The position numbers and the translations under genes were made by a program. A stretch of 64,000 nt of DNA from the NCBI RefSeq assembly GCF_006345805.1, contig NC_043000.1, positions 50,964,001-51,028,000 of the forward strand, in the 5' to 3' direction. The stretch comes from Octopus sinensis (Eukaryota). The notes under the pieces are model-generated. The model searched no databases. It had not been told where the DNA came from and saw only the letters and a program-made list of their open reading frames with translations. Of this stretch, positions 53,539-64,000 are shown in pieces (the stretch's first letter is position 1; each line of letters opens with the position of its first letter).

Positions 53539-53938
53539 AGGCTGTGTGGTAAGTAGCTTGCTTATGAACCACATGGTTCCGGTTTCAGTACCACTGCGTG
53601 GCACCTTGGTCAAGTGACTTCTACTATAGCTTCAGGCTGACCAAAGCCTTGTGAGTGGATTTAGTAGACGGAAACTGAAAAAAGCCCGTCATATATACGT
53701 GTATATATATGTATATGTGTGTGTATATGTTTGTGTCTTTGTTTGCTACCAACATCGCTTGACAACTGATGGTGGTGTGTTTATGTCCCTGTAACTTAGC
53801 AGTTTGGCAAAAGAGACTGATAGAATAAGTACTAGGCTTCCAAAAAATAAGTCCTGGGGGTCAATTTGCTCGACTAAAGGTGGTACTCCAGCATGGCCAC
53901 AATCAAATGACTGAAACAAGTAAAAGAGTAAAAGAGTA
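53539..53938 (+). mobile_element. tRNA-derived SINE family B, near full length
   Basis: Colinear with the 50237 copy and additionally retains the cactgcgtggcaccttgg...ctactatagc segment missing there. Confidence 0.9.
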
Positions 53939-53984
53939 TAGATATATATCCAAGCCTCTATCACACTCCCCTTTTTCATTTATG

Positions 53985-54300
53985 ACTTACCATGCTTGTA
54001 CTAGTGGTCAAGTTTTCTCCGGCACCAAGTATTTTCCAATCATCACAGTACTCTGTCATCTCATTCAAGAGATGCAACATCTTGAAATTAGTCTTCAACT
54101 CTTCATTCTGAGTCTTTCTCAGTTTCACTCTTCTAAAGGCTTCATTCACTTTCAGTGCTTGGTGCTTCCTTTTGCAGCTGTCACTGTCCATACATATCAC
54201 ATGCTCATACCAGCATGGCCTTCTTTCTTGCACAGTACATTGAAGTCCTCTTATACCTAATTTCACTTTAAGTTCATATATACATCTATGTACAGGCACA
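53985..54300 (-). mobile_element. RTE LINE 3' coding end
   Basis: ORF 53976-54299(-) ELKVKLGIRGLQCTVQERRPCWYEHVICMDSDSC...LRKTQNEELK matches the RTE C-terminal LRW.GHV.RM and GRPRKTW region. Confidence 0.8.
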
Positions 54301-55740
54301 CTAATAACAAATATGTCTGGATGGACTATGTTTGATGTTTGTGTGTATATGTGTATGTTTATACATGCATATATGAATATGGGTGAGTATATATATTTTT
54401 ATGTGTATATGCATATATGATGTAATAGCTATGTATTTCTTCAGTTTATATTACCACTAATAGTTTAACATTTCTGTGATTCAGGAAATATCTCAATCCA
54501 CCTTTACTTATAGATTTTTAAAGTATATGTATTTCATAACTCACTACATCAACATAGCCTCACCTTTTATAACAGAAACAGAAATAAGACACTCATTAGC
54601 TTCTTTCTAAAGAACTTTGGAAAGTAAACATTCACCAGTTAAAATTAAATGGACCATCATCATCGTTTAAGAAAAATCTTCGGTAAAACGAAACCTTTAA
54701 GATTTTCTATAGTGGAAGCTTGAATTATTTGCACAAAGCACTCTCAGCAAGAGATACCTAGTACAAATTTCAGCATGGCAACAGAAAAAAAAAAAAAAAA
54801 AGAAATGTATGCTATAACTATTTCACACCTAAAGTATAACCAAGTAGAAAACATGTCTCACAAATATCTGAATCCACCTCCTTTGATGTGATTCAATTCT
54901 CACCTACAACACACTTAAAACGTGTATGTATATCTCACACTCCATGTACATACAAATAGGCATTCATATGTATATATTTATATCATTGAATTCCTATACA
55001 AATGACAGTATGACTTTCATGTGAGAGATCAAAATAACCTGGCTAACTGCCCTTCAATATTCAAAAAAGCTATGGTGAATGTTGTAAAGATGGAATTCAT
55101 TCTGTGCGACAAAAGATATATTAGGTCTGTATTCTCCCTGAACAAGAACCTCCCCACCCTTTCATCTTTGTATCGAAATCCTTTTATGTTTGAATGTCAC
55201 ATTGACCATCTAGCTTTTATATCAGTATTAAGAGCATTAATATTTTGATGCAATATACATTATTCTAAACCTATTACATTTTTTTTTATATTTTAAAATA
55301 TTTTGTGAGTCATATACAGATAATAGTAGATATGTTCAACCAATTGAAAAAGGACATATTCCTTAAAACCTGAAGTGTAAGGAACACAAACACCAAAAGC
55401 ATTTAAATAGAAGAACCTATAAGAACTTTAACTGATGAGGTTTCATAAATCAGCATTGTTCTTTTTTCTATATATGATATACTTTCATCTTTATTATCCT
55501 TATCATTATTTAAACAGTCCCTGATCATTTTTTAATAAGCAGCCCAAACAAGTTCATTTCCTAACTGCTTCTCCATTGTCCTTCTTTTGACACAAAAACA
55601 TATGTATGTGAATAAAAAAGTCTCTTGCCACTTGAAAAATCTGTTTAGAATAAAGTAGTTGCACATGTAACATTGAGGCATTTATCTATTATATGTAATA
55701 TTACATATAAAACATGTATTTATACATATATACATACAGC

Positions 55741-56365
55741 ATCATCATCATCGTTTAACATCCGCTTTCCATGCTGGCATAGGTTGGACTATTTGATCGA
55801 GGACTAGCAAGACTGGAGGCTGCACCAGGCTCCAATCTGTTCTGGCAAGGTTTCTACAGCTGGATATCCTTCCTAATGTCAACTATTCCGAGAGTGTAGA
55901 GGGTGCATTTTATGTGCCACTGGCATTGGCATCGGCCACACTCAAATAGTGCCTTTTACATGTCAGTCAAGTGGCAACACATGACCATACCAGCACAGTT
56001 GTCTCTCTTGCACACCACATCTGATGCTTCTTATGTCCAACTTTTCTCTCAGGGCACTTACACTCTGTCATGTATGCACACTGACTTTACACATCCAGCA
56101 GAGCACATTAGCTTCATTTCTTTCAAGCCTATGCATGTCCTCAGCAGTCACAGCCCACATTTCACAGCCATGTAGTATAGCTGTTCACACATAGGCATCA
56201 TACAGTCTACCTTTCACTCTGAGAGGCCCTTTGTTACCAGCAGTGGTAGGAGCTTTCTGAACTTTGCTCAGGCTATTCTTATTCTAGCAGCTGTGCTCTC
56301 AGAGCATCTACCCCTGCAACTAACTTGATCACGTAGGTAATGGAAGCTATCAACTACTTCTAGTT
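55741..56365 (-). mobile_element. 5'-truncated RTE LINE ending in the family C tail and (GAT)n
   Basis: Minus strand gives DQVSCRGRCSESTAARIRIA*AKFRKLLPLLVTKGLS, then RVKGRLYDA, then LREKLDIRSIRCGVQERQLCWYGHV. It then joins the family C block that ends gatgttaaacgatgatgatg. Confidence 0.85.
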
Positions 56366-57359
56366 TTTCCCACTGGCATGTGATGGAATCTGTTTTCTGA
56401 GCATATGTATATAAAAGTACATATATATAGAGTGTGTGTGTATACATGCATATATTCCACAGATGAGATCCAGAGATTCTCTGTATAGATGAGACAACAC
56501 TTTGTATTGCTTAAAAGATTCAAAATTAGACTCCAATGTCTTTACAGGAGATCAATTTCACAAGGTACAGAAAAACTATAAGTGAGATCCAGTTGAGTGT
56601 GTATAGAGGCAATTATGCTGATACATGTTTTAAATAATGTTTAAGGGAATCGCTAACCATCCTTCACCACCATAACCCCTCACTATTTAATAGCTTCTCA
56701 GATGTAATACTGCCTTATAAACACAGGTTCTACTCATCATTTGCCCATTTTATAAAATCTATGTAATCCCATAACTATAATTACCTTTAATTAATGTTAA
56801 CCTTGAGGTCTGACAAGGTCAGCTAAGCAACTTACCACCTTCACTAATACCACCCTTTTTATTAAACTATTCATTCTCATTGTTACTTTTGCAAAATCTA
56901 GCCTCTTCATCTTCACAAGTGGTATTCTTTCCCTTCTCCTGTTTCTGCTGTTCAACTTTAAGCAATTAACACTATCCCACTCATTTTGATACTAAACTAT
57001 CAATCTCTCCATCCCTCTCTATTCGATTTCATATACCTCTGCATACCTTGGTACTCTCCTTCCAATACCAACCCACATTCATTATTCCACTAACCACTGC
57101 TATCTTGACCACCAGTTCCCCACTCTCACTCTGTCCACCTCCCTCTATCTTCTCTCATACCTTCCTAAATACCTTAGTAATCTCCCTCTGCCACTGAACT
57201 AGACACTTTACTTCCCTCAAATAGTTGCCATTCCTTTTCTCACTATCTCAACTTCCAATAATTCTATAGCCTTTATTATTCCTAAATTTTGACAAACCCA
57301 ACACAAATGATGTTTTAGAAGACCACCAGTCCAATATGACATTTCTTTTGTAGTTCAGT

Positions 57360-57493
57360 ATACATACATACATACATATATACATACATACATACATACA
57401 TACATACATACATCATACATACATCATACATACATCATACATACATACATACATCATACATACATCATACATACATACATACATACATACATA
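57360..57493. repeat. (TACA)n microsatellite with CATCATA interruptions
   Basis: Directly visible. Confidence 0.95.
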
Positions 57494-57847
57494 TGTAGTT
57501 AATATTGACAGAAGTAGCAATGATACGTAACAGTAATCTTGATCTGCAACTCAACATAGAGGTTGTGTTAGGACAAAGAATACTGCATTCTTTACCTTGA
57601 GAGAATCTCTCATAATGACTTGTAGGGCATTCAAAATTATATTGTCAACAAATGAGAATGGTCTACTATGGCCACCAGATCTGGCACTTCTGGCAGCTTT
57701 AACAAATGATTCTTATCTGTCAGCAATATAATTTCGAGTGCTTTTATACACCACAAATCATTATAAGATATTCTCTCAAGTTAAATATTGCAGTATTCTG
57801 TTTTCTAACATAACCTCCATATGAAGTTGGAGATCGAGATTAACTTT

Positions 57848-57884
<37 letters not shown>

Positions 57885-59393
57885 GTATGTGTACATGCAC
57901 ATATTTTATATTGAAAATATGTTTGTGTGTGAATGCATATATGTTCACACACATGTACATATGCATATATGTGTGTGAGTGTGTATGGATTATATAAATT
58001 TATTCATTGTGGGAAAAGATCACAAAAGAAGCATATCTCTAATATGCTTAATTTGAATATTAAAATACTGCTACTGAAGCTTATAACATTCTGCACATTT
58101 AAATAGAGTAAAATTTCATAATTTTGCTGAAGATATTTATGTAATACTCCCTTCGATATGCGATAGTTCGATATTCTCAGGAACTGTACACATCTTATTA
58201 ACATACCAAATATAGTTTCCATGAGCACCATGCTTCAAAGAACCAAAATTTTGTTGTGAAGGAAAAAAGTGGCTATGAAAGTTACCTTTATAGAAAAAAT
58301 GTACTTTTTTTCCTTTTTAGTTATTTTAGTATGAAATATAGAAATAGATTTTCTTTTAAAAAATATTTCCAGCACAAATTGGGAATTCTATATTTTTTTC
58401 TTTTTCTTTTTTGTATTATTTTGATCAGTTTTCATTCTTCAATACACAACCACGTTTCAACCCATGAAATTTTGTTACTTGCTCAACAGCATAGCTGAAA
58501 TCTTGTAGCACGAGTTTATTGAAGAATATAACATATTAAGCATATTAAAGAACATAACAGCTTTCTGTCAAATAGCTATTTCTTTCTCTGAAACACTAAA
58601 ATAGCAACAGTGCAACCATCAGCAGCATCGGGAAAACAATAACCACAAAATATCATTGGTGATTTTTTTCTTCTTTTTTCCTTATTTTCTGACATCATTT
58701 CTTTGTGTCATAGCTTTGGAAATCAATGTTTTTGCTTGTTTTCCTGAATTTACACCTAAAAAAATGCAACCTAATAATAATGAGAATGAAAAAGAAAATT
58801 ATATTTGGAATGAATAGTACATTAGTCAAATGGAAAAGATTTGTGTTTTGTTAAAAAAAAGGGAAAAGGAATTGAATGCATAGCAGATAACTAAGCTAAG
58901 AATATTTGTACTGACATTACTATATATTTATTTCACACACACACACACACACACACATAAATATATATATATAATGTGTGCCTGAGTGTGTTCTTGTGAG
59001 TGAATGTTACAATTATTATTATATATTTTATGTGTTTTAGTGGTAGCATTTTTGATGCATTTGAATTTAACAATTTGTACCATGTACTCAGTCAACTAAT
59101 TTAATGTTAATTTCTTCCAAAACTTTTGTAAGATTCCTCATGTCAAAAACTTAAAATAAAAAGAAAACTGCCTTGCTTCTTAAGATATTCTGAATATTGT
59201 GAATTCATTCTCAACGATTTTATTGGCGGGTTTTAAATTATAAGCCATGCCATCCAATAGTTCTATACAGTGGGTAGTTAAGGGCTACCATTATGATATT
59301 GAATCTTCTAGTCATCCATACATGCCAGAAATTTGGGAATGTGTCTTGTCATATTTTTGTTTTGATTGAAGATCCTAAACCTATAAGTATGGT

Positions 59394-59567
59394 TTAATCC
59401 TTTTGATACCAACTGGCTTGAGACCTCTCTTGGTTTTAATACTTCCCGTTTTAAAGTGATCTAAATTAAACCTACTTCATTTTTTTTATTAAATTCTTCA
59501 ATATTTTCAAAATTAACTGAAATGAAGTTAGAGTATTTCAACAGCAATATGATCACAAAAAGGTTGA
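59394..59567. mobile_element. piggyBac-type MITE, decayed
   Basis: TTAA|TCCTTTTGATACCAAC matches the reverse complement of the right TIR of the 38809 element. The far end is cacaaaaagg|TTGA, a degenerate TIR and TSD. Confidence 0.7.
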
Positions 59568-60067
59568 GCCAACTCTTAGTGTCTTACTCTTATATAGAGT
59601 AAGAGTGTTATAAACAAGTTATTTTGTGTTAGGTTGTTGTTCAACACTAGCACAGCCTTAATCAAGCAGACCTCAGAGCAAAGTAATTTCAGTTGTGCCC
59701 ATCCTGTCTATTACTCACAATATAAATCTAGGAATACATCAACATGTGCTTTTTTTCTTGGTTGCTATGTTCGCCTTCTTGCGTACAACTAACTGTTTCA
59801 GTCAGTTCTTATTTTTACGTACAATTTATAGTTTTTGTTGACTTTGATACTTAAAGCATTCAACTTGATTACCATATTTTATGGCTTATAAGAGGCACAA
59901 CTGCATAGGATGCACCCTAGTCTAGGCTATACTTTTGTAAAATAAATTACCACTAAAATAATGTTTTAATTCCTCCACTTACCTGTATAACTTTATGTTA
60001 TTACCAGTAATTATAAGCAATTTATTGCATCCACATTTGATATAAACATACCATAGGTGATTGTTCA

Positions 60068-60081
60068 CCGACAGATGGCAG
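60068..60081 (+). promoter_or_regulatory. CTCF-like motif
   Basis: CCGACAGATGGCAG matches 12 of 14 positions of CCASYAGRKGGCRS and lies in a CpG-retaining patch. Confidence 0.3.
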
Positions 60082-61444
60082 CACACGTTTTATAAATATA
60101 CATACCATTTTGAGTGAATTTTGAGTCTGCATTGAGTGCATTGGATGCAGGGGGATTTTTAAAGCCATTTTTGGGTGTCTTATAGGCCATCAAATACGGT
60201 ATATTCCCCAGGATCTTTAATCTGTTTGTGGTTGTGTGCACTTGATGTTGTGGAGTGCATCATATGTTTTATTTGTTTAAATTCTACTATTGAACCATGT
60301 GTTTCTATATGTGAGTACTCATGTATGTGTGCTAGCAGATGGTATAATAGTTCAATTTAAACATAGACATTGTAACACTGATATTCCACACCTTACTTCA
60401 GATAAAGGTAACACACTCCATAAAGTCAATAATGGTATATGTTAATAGATAGTATTTTATATATAAACATACTAGTAAATAATGTGAGTAATGGATATAT
60501 ATATATACATATATATATATATCCATTTGATTATATATTATTGTACATCTATCTGTATATATAAAAGGCAGTGTGTGTGTGTGTGTATGTGTGTACGTGA
60601 ATGTAATTTATGCACGTCCACAAATTAGCACCCGTCTCTCCAATTTTAGGAGGACATTCATCATAATCCTAGCTGTATTTTTGTCAGCTTATTTTTCCCA
60701 GAGGCACCAGCGAATAGCAGTAAAAATAAATTTTCAACCAAAGTTTTTAACAATTTCCCAGTCAGAGAAATCACCATTGTTTGCAATCCATTGTTAAATC
60801 CCTTTCTAGCGACGAGTAAGTTTTTGTTAAGACTTTTTTTTTTTCCATCGAGGAAAAAAGTGTTTTGTTGATATACGGGCAACACACACACACACATGAA
60901 TATGTATGCATGCAAAACACATATATGCAATAAGTGTACATACGTACATGTGTGTATGTGTGTTGTTGCCCATATATATATACAGGAAACATACACACAT
61001 ATATATATATATAAACCAATTTCAATGGATTTCACCTAAATTTGACGTTGTTGCTTAATAAACCTAACTTAATCTCAGGCAAAGCCAGGTTGTACTGCTA
61101 GTTTATAATATTAGCTATGTCATTATGCCATTATTGACATGAATATGCTTTATTCAGAAAATTTCATCAGGAAATAATTGCATGTTGGAACATAGTAACT
61201 TATAGAAGTGATTATTAGACATAAATGTTTTAACTACATGGCAGATACTATGGATATTAACATAAACATAGCTATTAGTAGTTTGGTTATAAGCAGTTGT
61301 AACCTAAGTGTTCCCATGAGAATATGTTTCTATTGATACTAAACTCATGTGTTTCTAACAGTTCCTTAAGATGGAGTATATGTAGGAGTATCTTTAAGAA
61401 CCATAGCTATCATCAATATAACAGTTATATCTTGATGTTTATAG

Positions 61445-61495
61445 ATGGTCATTGCCAAAAGATTCTGAATGCTGCCTATGCAGAAACTGACGAAA
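61445..61495 (+). CDS. Candidate 51-nt phase 1-1 exon
   Basis: cttgatgtttatag|ATGGTCATTGC...GACGAAA|gtaggt; frame xGHCQKILNAAYAETDE. Confidence 0.25.
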
Positions 61496-63722
61496 GTAGG
61501 TTGAGTAATTAATTCATCCTGTTAAGAGGGAAGACTTACTGTAATTCTGGAAAACATTATAACACTAATATAAGATAAACTAATCAAAATTTTAGTTGTC
61601 AAACAAATGATTGTAATATAAATAAAGCAAGTCCTACCATTCTTTTTAAGTACTTGTCAGTATTTTTATAGAAAGTAAAATCAAATTTATATCTCAAATA
61701 CCACCTTATATTTTGTTGGTTACAAAATTTATTGGTTATCTCTGATGATTGTCAATACATTTAAGAATTGGACAAAAGCAAGTCCCAAATTTGTAAACAT
61801 ATCTAAAAAATATGAATGACAAAAGCAATTGAATGTGTATGTTTTTATTTATTGGTTTCAAAAAGCAGCTAAAAGCAGTGGAAGATCAAACCATTACTGA
61901 TATCAAATAGTTTAAGTTACACATGATTTCCTTAAGGAGGTAAGTGAGGCTATTCTGTCATATAAATAATAGCCAAGTAAATCCATACTCTTGGATTAAT
62001 GAACTGTATATAAAGATATAAGTCATTACAAGTTAAGGTTATCTTTACAGATTTTCTATTGAAATTATTGCCAGTACTGATTTGTTATGATGTTTCATAT
62101 CTGAGTACATCTAATGTAAACAAAAATGCAATCGAAGGTGGAAAAATAGGTATTGAGTGTACATGCATAGAGTTTCAGGAGCTCTTGCTCCTTCTTCAGC
62201 ACCACATCCAACCCATCAAGTATCCACAAACTCATTGCTCAAATAGCCACTAAATATAGCAGTGTAATATTATTGGATGTACCAATTTTACATATTAAGC
62301 AAATTCCTGGCAGCTGGTACATACCTATTAACTAATTGAAGGGACACAATATTGACTTATAAACTTTTTAATATACTTCGTAGTATATATCATGGTTGCA
62401 TAATGAAATATGGTGTCTCTAGATTACAAGTACCATAAATATAAAAATATATTAAAGATTTAAATATCAAAGTTAGGCCTTAGACACATATTTTTGTTAT
62501 TACTAATAATTTTGATTTCTGTTTATTTTCAAGTAATCATTGAGAATTCAAACCTAACCACTTTTAGAGATATTCATAAGCTATAATTACAGATTATTTT
62601 TTTCCGTTTTCAAGAAGCTATCATAAGAGTTTGTCTGCAATGTTTTCCCTGTTATATGGTTTTGATAAAAAATCTTTAGAATATGACAATGTTCACTATA
62701 TATCATCTTTGGTAAATATGGCCAGTATATTCTTTGTCTCTTATTTTCAGTAGATTGACCTTTCTCATTTTGATATTATTTTGACTCTACCAGCTATATA
62801 TCTTTTCTTCCCCAATGTCCATTGCAGACAATTTGATGATTTTAAAACAGTAAAAGTTATATACATCAGAAAACATTACAAAATCTGCATTGTACAATTC
62901 TAAGCTATTTTTCTGTAGAAATGGTAAATTCTTGACTTAATTCTAAAAGTAAATATGAATCGTGAAAAAAGTATTATCCAGTTTCAGTTAAAGATGATAA
63001 AAAATGTGATGAGGCATATGGATATACTCACATACATGTATTCATGCATTTACATACTCACAGATATGCACCCATACATTCATCCATAGATATATTCGCA
63101 TGCACACACACACACACACACACATATACATATAGACACACATGAGATTGACAGTAATTTTGAAATTTCATTGTTGGCTTTGTCAGACTGTAAAATGTTT
63201 AGACTTTCTATATGCTTTCATTTACCCAGTGGATGGAAACTCATGAGTATATAAAGAAGGAAGCAAACATACCTTTTTGCATTCAGTTATTTTATTAGAA
63301 ACTTTATCTGTTACTCTGCTGGTTTGCTTAGAGTTCTTTTGATAGTTCATGATTTGCATGTGAGTACATGTATTCAATGGTAGTTATATTAGTTCTTTGG
63401 TTTCTGAGTTCAAATTCCATCATGGTTAACTTTTTCTTTCATCTTCCTGGAGTATACAAATAAAATACCAATCAAATACTGGAAATAAATTTCCCTCTTC
63501 CCCCACTGCTCTTCCACTCTTACAGTCAACTATACTGCAGTATAAGAGTGTTGTGAGAGATCAGTTACTATCTCCCATGACTCCATGGTAAACCTTTCAC
63601 TGTGTAATGAATGATTAGACAGTTATGGTAGATTTTCCAGCTTTTGGTATACCCCTAATTCTGGCTTTCTGCATTTTGATGATCATGAAAGATAATCCAT
63701 TTAGTAACTATTAAGGGTACAG

Positions 63723-63827
63723 GTACAAAGGGAAAATATGAGAAAAAGCAAACTATTTTCGAAGGAGGGTTCAGCCAGGGTCTTGCAACTTATTCCCATT
63801 TGGCACAGACTTCAAAATCTGTCCCAG
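63723..63827 (+). CDS. Candidate 105-nt phase 1-1 exon with GFSQG (GxSxG) motif
   Basis: tacag|GTACAAAG...GTCCCAG|gtaatg reads xTKGKYEKKQTIFEGGFSQGLATYSHLAQTSKSVP. The donor is good and the acceptor is weak. Confidence 0.3.
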
Positions 63828-64000
63828 GTAATGTATATTTATGTGTGCCTTTAATTATATATGTAAGAATATAATTCCTTCCAGAAATGTATTAAAGACA
63901 CAACTTTGTTTGAGCTTAGTCTTTTTATGAATGATTTTTTTCATTTTTTTTTTCATTAGTCATTTAGTTCAGACCCATGTCCATTAATGTTTCAAGACCA

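Noticed and set aside
55431-55460. Other CTGATGA occurrences (also about 26093, 29173, 43071, 61742)
   Set aside because: No paired stem II followed by GAAA and NUH, so they are not hammerheads.
57650-57720. tggccaccagatctggc resembling the Tc1 WPP.SPDL motif
   Set aside because: Too short and degenerate, with no TIR or further transposase sequence, so it is not supportable as a feature.
59977-59986. acttacctg resembling the U1 snRNA 5' end
   Set aside because: No U1 body follows. It is simply the complement of a consensus donor site.
60490-60526. AT-rich palindrome aatgga(ta)n...(ta)n tccatt
   Set aside because: Mostly the self-complementarity of (TA)n, which is common throughout the window.

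Overview
Very AT-rich, CpG-depleted eukaryotic DNA packed with (TA)n, (CA)n, (TACA)n, (ATT)n and (CAT)n microsatellites. The interspersed repeats match, from memory and not from a database search, those of octopus genomes, so this reads as cephalopod intronic or intergenic sequence. No intact, nameable protein-coding gene, rRNA, true tRNA or CRISPR array is supported. Most ORFs in the track are microsatellite artefacts or chance. Well-supported content is decayed mobile DNA: a ~1 kb mariner with both TIRs, a Tc1-like 3' end, two TTAA-flanked piggyBac-type MITEs, an R4/Dong-type retrotransposon C-terminus in (TAA)n, several RTE and CR1/Jockey-like LINE pieces, a Penelope GIY-YIG fragment, and three SINE-like families. 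The most interesting signal is two different short elements that each carry a minimal hammerhead-ribozyme fold with a palindromic AACGTT stem III. One (52634-52979, minus) is joined to a tRNA-like Pol III head, which suggests a ribozyme-bearing SINE that may depend on Penelope. More speculative signals are a plus-strand chain of candidate micro-exons that can be spliced in frame to a stop plus AATAAA, a CpG-retaining patch at ~60 kb with outward-facing donors and a CTCF-like motif, and a candidate exon with a GFSQG hydrolase-like motif. All exon calls are by-eye splice-site reading and are low confidence. Repeat boundaries are approximate unless a TSD or TIR is quoted.
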